DNA of 64,000 nucleotides from Patescibacteria group bacterium (GTDB lineage Bacteria; Patescibacteriota; Minisyncoccia; UBA6257; 2-01-FULL-56-20): NCBI GenBank assembly GCA_038063755.1, contig JBBTUL010000006.1, positions 26,910 to 90,909 of the forward strand, read 5' to 3'. Shown piece by piece: positions 18,795 to 27,476 of this stretch (position 1 is its first letter; each line of letters starts with the position of its first letter). The notes under the pieces were generated by a model. It saw only the letters and a program-made list of their open reading frames with translations, ran no database searches and was not told where the DNA came from. The position numbers and the translations under genes were made by a program.

Positions 18795-19985
18795 TCAGCC
18801 ATTCACGCTTTGTGAAAGCGAGTAGATAGGGGTAATAATTGAAATCGCAACGAAACCAACCGCAAGACCCATAATGAGCAGCATAATCGGCTCCATAACG
18901 CTCGTAAGACTCCTCAATTTGTTGTCTACCTCGTCATCGTAGTATTCCGAAACATAGAACAAATTGTCTTCAAGATTTCCGGTGTTTTCTCCCACCTGGA
19001 TCATCCCCGAGAGCAACGGCGGGAATAAATGTTTTTCCGCCATAAGCACCGTCGCAAGCTGTCCGCCTTTCCGAATTTCTTCTCCTGCGTCATCTAAAAG
19101 TTTTTTGTAGACCAGGTTCGTAAAAGTATTTCGCGTGATATTCACCGATTCCACGATTTTTACGCCGCTCTTCAGAAGCATCGCGAGTACTCGGGCGAAA
19201 GTAACCATATTAATACTTACCACAAGTCCCGAAATGACGGGAACGAAAAAAATCGCGCGGTGAAGTGCATATCTCAATGGTCGGATATGGCGCATGAGAG
19301 TTCTAAATATATAGAAAATGACAACCAGCGCGATAAGCGTATAAAGTCCTTTCGTCTGAATAAAGTCAACGACGGCAAGGAGCGCTCTCGTGCTCGCCGG
19401 GAGCTTAACCTTAAGCCCGTAGAGTACCGGCAGAAGTTTCGGAAGGATGAAAAACGCGAGAAACGCGACAACACCGATCGTCGCAATTAAGATGACGATT
19501 GGGTAAACCATCGCAGAGCGCACCTTCGACTGAAGCTCCTTCGTTTTACGCAACTCGGTCGCAAGATAAAGGAGGTTCTGGGATAGAGTCCCGCTCGCCT
19601 CTCCAACTCGAATGATATTGATAAAAAATCCTCCAAAAATATGCTCGAAATCCTCAAGGCCATCTGCGAGGAAACGGCCGTTGTTCACGTCCGTAATAAG
19701 GTGATCAAGAATTCTTGCAAGCGTTTTCGATTCTGTCTGCGCTCGGATAATACGAAGACCCTCGTAGATCGGGAGGCCGGCCTTGATAACCATCGCCAGG
19801 TGACGCGCAAAATTTATCTTGTCTTGAACCTTGATACTCCCCCTTCGCGTGAGGAACCGTTGAAATCGCTCCTCTATCGTAAGCTTCTTTGAGACAGGCT
19901 TTTCTGTGGCATTATTCATGAATAATACGTAAAACTTCTTCGACGGTAGTAATTCCTTGTGCCGCTTTCGCAATACCGTCCTCAA
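18795..19985 (-). CDS. pilC: type IV pilus assembly platform protein PilC (GspF family)
   Basis: Two GspF repeats and three TM segments; 396 aa. Confidence 0.8.
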   Translation of the reverse strand: MRTVLRKRHKELLPSKKFYVLFMNNATEKPVSKKLTIEERFQRFLTRRGSIKVQDKINFARHLAMVIKAGLPIYEGLRIIRAQTESKTLARILDHLITDVNNGRFLADGLEDFEHIFGGFFINIIRVGEASGTLSQNLLYLATELRKTKELQSKVRSAMVYPIVILIATIGVVAFLAFFILPKLLPVLYGLKVKLPASTRALLAVVDFIQTKGLYTLIALVVIFYIFRTLMRHIRPLRYALHRAIFFVPVISGLVVSINMVTFARVLAMLLKSGVKIVESVNITRNTFTNLVYKKLLDDAGEEIRKGGQLATVLMAEKHLFPPLLSGMIQVGENTGNLEDNLFYVSEYYDDEVDNKLRSLTSVMEPIMLLIMGLAVGFVAISIITPIYSLSQSVNG

Positions 19986-21147
19986 GCATGGTCGTCATTC
20001 CTCCCTTCACGGCCGCTTCCTTGATGTCCTGCGCGCTCGCGCGGTCCATTATAAGCTGACGGATCTCATTTGAGATTTCGAGCACTTCGCGGATTCCAAT
20101 TCTTCCCGCGTAGCCTGTTCCGGCGCACGCATCGCACCCTTCGCCAGCATAAAAAATCTTCCCGTACTTTTCCATATTTGGAACAAGCTCTCCCAGGCTC
20201 TTCACCTCGCTTGCAGTAAGCACCCGCTCCTTTTTGCACTTTTCGCAAACCTTCCTCACAAGCCTCTGTCCCATTGCGATATTTATCGTCGAAGCAACAA
20301 GAAACGGCGGCACGCCCATGTCGATGAGGCGTGGGAATGTCGTCGGCGAGTCGTTCGTATGAAGCGTCGAGAGTACGAGGTGGCCGGTAAGCGCGGCGTT
20401 TACGGCAATGCCGGCAGTCTCTGCATCACGGATTTCTCCGACCATCACGATGTTCGGATCTTGTCGGAGTATCGAGCGCAGTCCGGTAGCAAACGTGAGT
20501 CCTGTTTGCGCGTTCACCTGAATTTGTGTTGTTCCCGGCAAAGAATATTCGATCGGATCCTCGATGGTAATAATAGAGGCATCGGTCTTGTTGAGCTGCT
20601 TTAAGATAGTATAGAGCGTCGTTGTTTTGCCGGAACCCGTCGGGCCGTTTGCAAGAATCATTCCGTATGGCTTTTTGACCGCCTTTTCGACACGCTTCAG
20701 GTCCGGCGGTAAAAATCCAAGATCCTTCAGGTTGAAACTTTGCGTCTCGGCAAGTACGCGCATAACGGAATTCTCTCCGTAATACGTCGGCATGATGGAA
20801 ACGCGCACATCGACATCCCCAAATCCCTCGATCTTCCCCTTAAATCGTCCATCCTGTGGGGCCAAGTGTTCGTCGGTACGAAGTCCAGAAATAACCTTAA
20901 TGCGGCTTATGAGCTCCTGATGCAACTCCTTCGATATCTTCTCCTTTTCAACGACATCACGGAGAAGACCGTCTATTCTAAAGCGGATTCTCACCCCATC
21001 TTCTTCCGGATGGATGTGCACGTCAGAGGCCTTTATTACATATGCGTATTCCACCAAAAGATCAAGCAAGGCAACCACGGAGATATTTTCTTCCGGCTGT
21101 GCAAGCTGGTCATTGATCGCCAAAGTAATTGACTTGATATCTCGCAT
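19912..21147 (-). CDS. pilB: type IV pilus assembly ATPase PilB (GspE family)
   Basis: Walker A GPTGSGKTTTLY, a Walker B / His box, and the tetracysteine CEKC...CDAC zinc motif typical of PilB/GspE. Confidence 0.85.
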   Translation of the reverse strand: MRDIKSITLAINDQLAQPEENISVVALLDLLVEYAYVIKASDVHIHPEEDGVRIRFRIDGLLRDVVEKEKISKELHQELISRIKVISGLRTDEHLAPQDGRFKGKIEGFGDVDVRVSIMPTYYGENSVMRVLAETQSFNLKDLGFLPPDLKRVEKAVKKPYGMILANGPTGSGKTTTLYTILKQLNKTDASIITIEDPIEYSLPGTTQIQVNAQTGLTFATGLRSILRQDPNIVMVGEIRDAETAGIAVNAALTGHLVLSTLHTNDSPTTFPRLIDMGVPPFLVASTINIAMGQRLVRKVCEKCKKERVLTASEVKSLGELVPNMEKYGKIFYAGEGCDACAGTGYAGRIGIREVLEISNEIRQLIMDRASAQDIKEAAVKGGMTTMLEDGIAKAAQGITTVEEVLRIIHE

Positions 21148-21244
21148 TGGATTGATTATAACATAGGGACAAGGAAGCCTTTTCTTTCTTCGGAACTGTC
21201 GGTCTTCCGGCTGAAAACAAAATTGTTCCTTGCTAAATAGTTCT

Positions 21245-21317
21245 TGCGGGATCGTCTAATGGTAGGACACATGCCTCTGGAGCATGTTATCTTGGTTCGA
21301 ATCCAGGTCCCGCAGCC
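21245..21317 (+). tRNA. tRNA-Gln (anticodon CTG)
   Basis: Acceptor TGCGGGA/TCCCGCA (U1:A72), D arm GTCT-AATGGTA-GGAC, anticodon stem CATGC/GCATG with loop CTCTGGA, T arm CTTGG-TTCGAAT-CCAGG, then G-CC. Confidence 0.75.
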
Positions 21318-21346
21318 GGCATTTTCTAATAGTTTAAACTTAACTC

Positions 21347-21871
21347 ATGTCATCCGAAGTGCCCCAAGGACAAGACCCGACGGTACCATTCGAATTAGAA
21401 AAAAGCCCGGCAAGGGAGGCCTACTTGCTGCTAGGCGCAAAAACTCCACTAGAGTTATCTAATCTGTATTCAGAAGAGGACCAGAGGTTGATGCTCTCTC
21501 AATCTTGGGACTATGGAAACCCTGAGTTGATAGTAAATAAAGTAAAAGAGATTTTAGAATCAATTGATCCTGGTGCACTAACTGAAGACGAGAGAGAGTG
21601 GCGGCAAGAGATACTTTGGTTCTGGTATCACCATGCTATTAGTTGTGCCATCTGGAAGTACAAAGATAAAGATGCTGCACAAAAATACGCTACTAAAGCT
21701 TTGGAGGGTCAGTCATCTGGCCATCCAAATCAGATCACTCGCCTACTGGATCACTTGGTCAATGGTAGGTTGGAAGAGGCGGAACGATGGGCAGAAAGGA
21801 TCCGTGAGGAGCCCGAGAAAAGCACTGCGACTTCCTTGATAAAGGAATATAATGAAGAAGGGTTCTTCTAG
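21347..21871 (+). CDS. hypothetical protein
   Basis: 174-aa ORF, acidic C-terminus, no recognisable motif. The start is uncertain. Confidence 0.3.
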   Translation: MSSEVPQGQDPTVPFELEKSPAREAYLLLGAKTPLELSNLYSEEDQRLMLSQSWDYGNPELIVNKVKEILESIDPGALTEDEREWRQEILWFWYHHAISCAIWKYKDKDAAQKYATKALEGQSSGHPNQITRLLDHLVNGRLEEAERWAERIREEPEKSTATSLIKEYNEEGFF

Positions 21872-22143
21872 ATATCCATCTCCATAATCGTTCGAACATC
21901 GTCCAACCCCGCCAGCACTTAGAAAATCTTAGCGAATTTGTGAGCTTAGATTTTCAAGTGCTCCGATCGAACGTAGCGAGCATCGGAGCTGCCGAGTCAG
22001 AGAGTAAAACAAGCTTAGCAACCCTTACGCTCCGATCAAGCAGGGCGAGTATCGGAGCCACGTCGTCTGAGCGTAGCGACAGCGGAGCCACCCCGAGCGC
22101 AGTTCCGAGTGTCCGAAGAGGGTCGGTGTTGTATGATGAATCA

Positions 22144-22590
22144 ATGATCTACTTAGGAGCAGATAGGCACGGCTTGAAAGCAATAAGTTTTGTTGCAGAC
22201 TTCCTGAGGTCAAAGAACGTAGAATTTGCAAATCTTGGCGTTCAAGAAGAGGGAAGAGATATTAAGCTAGAAGAATTAATCCCAAAGATAGCCGTCGAAG
22301 TTTTGAAAAACAAAAACAACACCGGGATAATGTCTTGCGGTACTGGAGTCGGCGTGGAGGTCGGTGCTAACAAACTTTCTGGCATCCGTGCGTGCCTGGC
22401 TCAAGATGACAAAGTCGCTGAATACGCACGCGTTTACGATGACTGCAATGTCCTTTGTCTTGTTGGTTGGGAGGCTGAGAAGGAAAAGATAAGCAGTATC
22501 GTAAGCGCCTGGCTCAAGACCGATTATGTTGGGGATGAGGCAAGGTCACGCATGTTCGATGCTTTCGATGCCTGGGGAGGTAAGCTTTAA
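22144..22590 (+). CDS. rpiB: ribose-5-phosphate isomerase B (RpiB/LacAB family)
   Basis: MIYLGADRHGL...IMSCGTGVGVEVGANKLSGIRACLAQD...YDDCNVLCLVGW are the RpiB active-site Cys and His motifs. The listed ORF (from a GTG at 21940) carries a 68-aa low-complexity extension that is a translated DNA repeat; it is trimmed here to the ATG at 22144. Confidence 0.8.
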   Translation: MIYLGADRHGLKAISFVADFLRSKNVEFANLGVQEEGRDIKLEELIPKIAVEVLKNKNNTGIMSCGTGVGVEVGANKLSGIRACLAQDDKVAEYARVYDDCNVLCLVGWEAEKEKISSIVSAWLKTDYVGDEARSRMFDAFDAWGGKL

Positions 22591-22675
22591 AAGGATTCCT
22601 ATCGCGTCTGATTCGACAAGTCGGTATCAAAATGGTCTGGTAAAATCTAAAACAGAAAGTTACACTACGAACATC

Positions 22676-23191
22676 ATGGGCACCAAGAAAAAAGTTCTCT
22701 TACTAGTCGAAGAGCTATACGAAGATTTGGAGTTTTGGTATCCAAAAATTAGGTTACAAGAGGAAGGTTATGATGTTGTGGTCGCCGGTTTAGAAAAGAA
22801 AATATATCACGGCAAAAAAGGGTTGCCAGCGGAACCCGACATAACATTTAGCCAAGTCAAACCGGATGATTACGATGGGGTCATCATTCCCGGAGGTTTT
22901 GCTCCCGACAAATTAAGGCGATACAAGGAAGTTTTGGACCTGGTGAGGAAATACGATCAGGATAAAAAACTCATTGCATTTGTTTGTCATGCAGGTTGGG
23001 TTCCCATCTCAGCGAAGATTCTGCAAGGAAGAAAAGCGACTAGTTTCTCTGCCATCAAAGACGACATGGTAAATGCTGGTGTAAGGTGGGAAGATTCTCC
23101 CGTCGTAATTGACGATAATCTAGTTTCTTCAAGAACACCGTCTGATTTGGGGGAATTCTGCAAGGGCATCATCAGAGTTATCGGGGCGTAG
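22676..23191 (+). CDS. DJ-1/PfpI family protein (class I glutamine amidotransferase-like)
   Basis: VLLLVEE..., IPGGFAPDKLRR, and the nucleophile elbow AFVCHAGW. Trimmed to the ATG at 22676. Confidence 0.8.
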   Translation: MGTKKKVLLLVEELYEDLEFWYPKIRLQEEGYDVVVAGLEKKIYHGKKGLPAEPDITFSQVKPDDYDGVIIPGGFAPDKLRRYKEVLDLVRKYDQDKKLIAFVCHAGWVPISAKILQGRKATSFSAIKDDMVNAGVRWEDSPVVIDDNLVSSRTPSDLGEFCKGIIRVIGA

Positions 23192-23359
23192 CCTTTTTCT
23201 CCCGGCCGAGATGGATCAGAAAAATATAGAAAGCGATCCTGAATAATGCTTTCGGGGCTTGAACGATGGTGATACTAGAGCGGAGAACACAGCCACCTTG
23301 AGATAGGTTCGGAGCGTCCGAAGAGGGTCAATGAACTGCTTTGCAGTATAATCACCTAT

Positions 23360-25135
23360 ATGAATCCAGAAACAAAGCAATGTCAGAACTGCAAAAGTTC
23401 GTTTGTTATGGAACCGGAAGATATTGCATTTTATGAGAAGATCAAAGTCCCGGCTCCAACGTTTTGCCCCGAATGTCGCATGCAACGACGTCTTATATTC
23501 CGGAATCTTCGTACATACTACCGTCGTCCCGTTGAAGGTTCAGATCAAGAAGGGTTTTCATCATTTTCTCCAGATTCTCCCTTTAAGGTTTTTGATTCAA
23601 AGTATTGGTATTCAGATAAGTGGGAAATCGACAGTGCCCGCGAATACGACTTCTCGAGGCCATTTTTTGAACAACTTAAAGAATTGATGCTAATAATGCC
23701 ATGGATTGCAAACTATAATCAGAAGTCAGTAAATAGTGAATACTGTGCTAATTCGTTTGATCTCAAGGATTGTTACTTATGTTTTAATTCTGGATATTCA
23801 GAGGAGTGCTACTACACTACAGATACTCTCCATAGTAAAAGTTGTTTTGACGCTCTTAGGGCAGAAGGATGTGAATTGTCCTATGAACTTTTTGATTGTG
23901 AGAAATGTTATAACACATTTTTCTCTTCTCATTGCAAAGAATCAAGTGATATTTGGTTTTCAAAGAATCTTATAGGATGCCATGATTGTTTTGGCTGCGT
24001 AAACTTACGACATAAATCTTATTATATTTTTAACAAACCTTATTCAAAGAAAGAATACCTTGAGAAGATTAAAGAGCTTACCACCGGATCTTTTTCTGAC
24101 TTACAAAAAGTACAAGCTCAGTTCAAAGATCATGCCTTAAATTTCCCTGTTCGTTATTATCATGGACTTCATAATAATAATGTAATAGGAGACTATGTTG
24201 ATCACTCTCAAGGTTGCCGAAAAGTTTTTTCCTGTCAGGACCTAGAATATTGTCATTATTGTCAACTTATTCTTTTTATGAAAAGTAAAGACTCCATGGA
24301 TATGTCTATTGCTGGTGGCGAGCTGTGTTACGAAGTAGAAGAGTTTGGTGGATATAACTCAAAGTTTTGCTGGTTTGGAGGAACTTCTGATTTAGGTGTT
24401 GGAGCCACAGAAATTCAATACTCGATGAATTGTTTTGATTGTTCCTCTTTATTTGGCTGCGTGGGATTGAAAAATAAAAAGCACTGCATTCTCAACAAGC
24501 AATATAGTAAGGAGGGGTATGAAGCATTAGTGCCCAAGCTTATAAAGCATATGAATGCTATGCCCTATATAGATTCTAAAGGCAGAGTTTACCAATATGG
24601 TGAGTTCTTTCCTGCTGAGTTAAGTCCTTTCGCCTATAACGAAACCCTAGCGCATGAATATCTTCCCTTAGAAAGGCAAGAATCCTTAGATGCTGGCTTT
24701 GGGTGGAAGGAACCCTCAGAGAAAAACTACAATATTACTATGCGATCAGCGGACATTCCTGATAAGATTCAAGAAGTAAGTGATACAATTTCAAAGGATA
24801 TAATAGGATGCGCTCATGAAGGGAAATGTAATCAACAGTGTAGTACCGCCTACCGTATACTTCCTCAAGAGTTAATATTCTATCGTCAAAGGAATATTCC
24901 CTTACCAAGACTTTGTCCTAATTGTCGTCATTACGAACGCCTGAAACAACGTAATCCGGTAAAGTTTTATTCACGAGAATGTCAGTGTAAAGGATCGGAA
25001 GTAGGAAAATATGTAAATGTCGCAAAGCATTTTCACAATACTGAAAAGTGTCCGAATACTTTCCTCACAACATACTCTCCTGAAAAGCCCGATTTTATTT
25101 ATTGCGAACAGTGCTATCAAGCCGAGTCGGCTTAA
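23360..25135 (+). CDS. cysteine-rich paralog 1 (591 aa; N- and C-terminal zinc-ribbon-like motifs; function unknown)
   Basis: N-terminus CQNCKSSFVMEPEDIAFYEKIKVPAPTFCPECRMQRR. Internal CHDCFGCVNLRHK...YIFNKPYSKKEY and CFDCSSLFGCVGLKNKKHCILNKQYSKEGY. C-terminus YRILPQELIFYRQRNIPLPRLCPNCRHYERLK. Clearly paralogous to 35716-37449 and 40960-42783. Confidence 0.7.
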   Translation: MNPETKQCQNCKSSFVMEPEDIAFYEKIKVPAPTFCPECRMQRRLIFRNLRTYYRRPVEGSDQEGFSSFSPDSPFKVFDSKYWYSDKWEIDSAREYDFSRPFFEQLKELMLIMPWIANYNQKSVNSEYCANSFDLKDCYLCFNSGYSEECYYTTDTLHSKSCFDALRAEGCELSYELFDCEKCYNTFFSSHCKESSDIWFSKNLIGCHDCFGCVNLRHKSYYIFNKPYSKKEYLEKIKELTTGSFSDLQKVQAQFKDHALNFPVRYYHGLHNNNVIGDYVDHSQGCRKVFSCQDLEYCHYCQLILFMKSKDSMDMSIAGGELCYEVEEFGGYNSKFCWFGGTSDLGVGATEIQYSMNCFDCSSLFGCVGLKNKKHCILNKQYSKEGYEALVPKLIKHMNAMPYIDSKGRVYQYGEFFPAELSPFAYNETLAHEYLPLERQESLDAGFGWKEPSEKNYNITMRSADIPDKIQEVSDTISKDIIGCAHEGKCNQQCSTAYRILPQELIFYRQRNIPLPRLCPNCRHYERLKQRNPVKFYSRECQCKGSEVGKYVNVAKHFHNTEKCPNTFLTTYSPEKPDFIYCEQCYQAESA

Positions 25136-25279
25136 AAGCTTCGCCATTCATCAAAGGCTTCAAGAATCTTCTTCCGTTGCTCGTTACTATCAAACACGGC
25201 ACGTGTCCCAGGAAAAAGTAGGTTATCCCGCTCGATTTGCGCGGTTTCTTTTGGGTAAGTTCTGCGACATAATTATTCT

Positions 25280-25783
25280 ATGGAAGAAAAAATAATAAGT
25301 GCGCTTCGTTGGATTGTAGGAGTGCTTACCAAGCACCAAATCCCATACAGGATTGGTGGTGGATTTGCAGCCCACATCTATGGCTCAAACCGGCCGATCA
25401 ATGATATTGATATTTCTCTTCCCGGGAAATATTTCTCAATTATCGTCCCGGAAGTTTCTGGGTATATAACCGAAGGGCCGAAACATTACTCAAATGAAAA
25501 ATGGATCTGCGACACTCTTTCGCTTAATTACCACGGACAAGAAATAGATATGACCGACATTGATACGTTGCGGATGAGTAACAAAGAAAAAACCGAATGG
25601 TTTCGAACTAAAGATAGATACCGAAAATTCCCCAATCTGGTTTTGGATGTAAACGGCATTGATGTTTCTCTCATCGACCCCCGAGACTTAGCTGCGTATA
25701 AAAAAGAGTTGGACGGAGACCATCAGCTAGTTGATGTCGAGGCGGTTGAGAAGTATGTAGCCGAGAAAGAAGCCCGGGGGTAG
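25280..25783 (+). CDS. small nucleotidyltransferase (ANT/Lnu-like, Pol-beta superfamily)
   Basis: IPYRIGGGFAAHIYGSNRPINDIDISL matches the GG-x9-13-D-x-D minimal NTase motif; 167 aa. Confidence 0.5.
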   Translation: MEEKIISALRWIVGVLTKHQIPYRIGGGFAAHIYGSNRPINDIDISLPGKYFSIIVPEVSGYITEGPKHYSNEKWICDTLSLNYHGQEIDMTDIDTLRMSNKEKTEWFRTKDRYRKFPNLVLDVNGIDVSLIDPRDLAAYKKELDGDHQLVDVEAVEKYVAEKEARG

Positions 25784-25884
25784 CGCTTGAGATGGATCGT
25801 GGGGTGATATAAAATTAGCCTAAATTCTCCTTGTGGGGCTTGAGCCCGGTCGGCCCTAGTTCGACTTGGCCAGCAGACAAATTC

Positions 25885-26400
25885 ATGCAAGAACTTAAAC
25901 TAATCAATCCTGAAAATGCTTCGGAGGAGGAGGTAAAAACCTATCGAGCACGAGAGGCTGCACGTGCGATTGTAATTGACGAGGACGAAATGATTGCTCT
26001 TCTTCATGTATCTAAGGAGGGGTACTACAAGTTACCAGGGGGCGGAATAGAAGAATCCGAAGATCGCCTTATGGCTCTTAAACGAGAATGCCAGGAAGAA
26101 ATTGGCTCTGAGGTAGAGATTATTGAAGAAATTGGCTCCATTGTCGAGTACAGAAAAATATTTAAGCTCAAGCAAATTTCCTACTGCTACCTGGCCAAAG
26201 TGAAGGGAGCCAAAGGATATCCAAATTTCACTGAAGGAGAGCTGGAGAATGGCTTTGAGCAAATTTGGCTACCATACGAAAAAGCATTAGAGGTTGTGGC
26301 TAACAGCAAAGCGAATAATATTGAAGGGAGTGCCTATATAGTTCCGAGGGATACAATTTTCCTAGAAACAGCCGGGGGGCATCTAGGCAGGCTCCATTAA
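25885..26400 (+). CDS. NUDIX hydrolase
   Basis: Nudix box LPGGGIEESEDRLMALKRECQEEIG (G-x5-E-x7-REUxEExGU). Trimmed to the ATG at 25885. Confidence 0.75.
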   Translation: MQELKLINPENASEEEVKTYRAREAARAIVIDEDEMIALLHVSKEGYYKLPGGGIEESEDRLMALKRECQEEIGSEVEIIEEIGSIVEYRKIFKLKQISYCYLAKVKGAKGYPNFTEGELENGFEQIWLPYEKALEVVANSKANNIEGSAYIVPRDTIFLETAGGHLGRLH

Positions 26401-26460
26401 AGCAGTTCGAACATCGTCCAATCCCCACAACCAGCACATTTTGTGATTTAATTAAGTACT

Positions 26461-26943
26461 ATGAATGCCTTAAGAATAGTTGAACGTGGTCATCAAAACT
26501 TTTTGGACACACTGAAGGACTTGCCGGAAAATAAATGGACCGATGGCTTCGTAACCGGCTCATGGACCGTTAAAGATGTTATTTCGCATCTTGCAACATA
26601 TGAAGCCCTTCAGGTAGAGGCGTTTCGCAAATCTCTTGATCCAGGCGCTCCAACTCCTCTGCTCGATCAAAAAGCCAAGGGATCGTTTCTCGAATTCAAT
26701 GATTGGCGATGGAGCGGTGAGAAAGAAAAAAAATGGCAAGAAGTCCTTTCTGAATACAATAGCTCGTTTGCAGAGCTTAAGGGAATCGTCGAAAAGATTC
26801 CGCGAGAGACAATGGCGAAGCCAAGCACCGCAACCTGGTACGGAGAGTCGTCGGAGCTCGACGACATTATCGCTCTGAACTTCGGCCACAAGAAACACCA
26901 CCTTGCACAGATCAAGTTATTTCGACAAAGGAACGAAATATAA
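26461..26943 (+). CDS. DinB/ClbS-like four-helix-bundle protein (DUF1706-like), putative
   Basis: WTVKDVISHLATYEAL...FGHKKHHLAQIK: a His-containing helical bundle reminiscent of the DinB_2/ClbS family; 160 aa. Confidence 0.4.
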   Translation: MNALRIVERGHQNFLDTLKDLPENKWTDGFVTGSWTVKDVISHLATYEALQVEAFRKSLDPGAPTPLLDQKAKGSFLEFNDWRWSGEKEKKWQEVLSEYNSSFAELKGIVEKIPRETMAKPSTATWYGESSELDDIIALNFGHKKHHLAQIKLFRQRNEI

Positions 26944-27009
26944 TGTTATTTTCAAGATTCTGTCTCCAACGGCCAGAGGGAGAGAATGGTAAGCTTATAA
27001 AATAAATAT

Positions 27010-27438
27010 ATGGAACAACACCAGTTTGAAATATTAAAAACGGAACTTCTCCTTACTCAACAGGAGGTCGATAAGTACGATCATATGTCGACAACTATAA
27101 AAACCTGGGCAGTCACCTTGTGGGTTGCCAGTTCCGGCTGGGCAATCCAGTCAAAACGGAAAGAAATTCTTTTTCTGGGCATCCTTATCATATTCGTCTT
27201 CTGGTTCTTCGACGGCATCAATAAAACTTTCCGCATGAATTACAAAAAACGCCGCGATGAAGTATCGAAAATCCTTGAAAGAATTTTTCGTGGCGAAAGC
27301 CTTAAAGAAAACGATATCGCTCCCAAACTTCCAACCCATGACCTCAAGAACTCTTTTCGCTACACGTTCTCGCTTCACCTCACGCTCCCTTATCTCATAC
27401 TGGCTGCCGTCTCGGTAGTAATAATTTTTTCTCTTTAA
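27010..27438 (+). CDS. hypothetical membrane protein
   Basis: 142 aa with three predicted TM segments. Confidence 0.35.
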   Translation: MEQHQFEILKTELLLTQQEVDKYDHMSTTIKTWAVTLWVASSGWAIQSKRKEILFLGILIIFVFWFFDGINKTFRMNYKKRRDEVSKILERIFRGESLKENDIAPKLPTHDLKNSFRYTFSLHLTLPYLILAAVSVVIIFSL

Positions 27439-27476
27439 AGAAAACGTTCTTCGACTCGCTCATCATCTATCAAGTC

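Noticed and set aside
21960-22080. Possible CRISPR array (repeated hairpins)
   Set aside because: There are only about 2.5 degenerate copies, 69 nt apart, with unequal spacing, no uniform repeat/spacer organisation and no cas genes in the window.
21940-22143. N-terminal 68-aa extension of the rpiB ORF, starting at a GTG
   Set aside because: It translates the tandem hairpin repeat region into Ser/Ala/Arg low-complexity peptide. Conserved RpiB sequence starts at the ATG at 22144.
25136-25279. Short peptide on the minus strand resembling an RpiB C-terminus (…KKILEAFDEWRSF)
   Set aside because: It is under 40 codons, has no start context, and the similarity is weak and probably coincidental.
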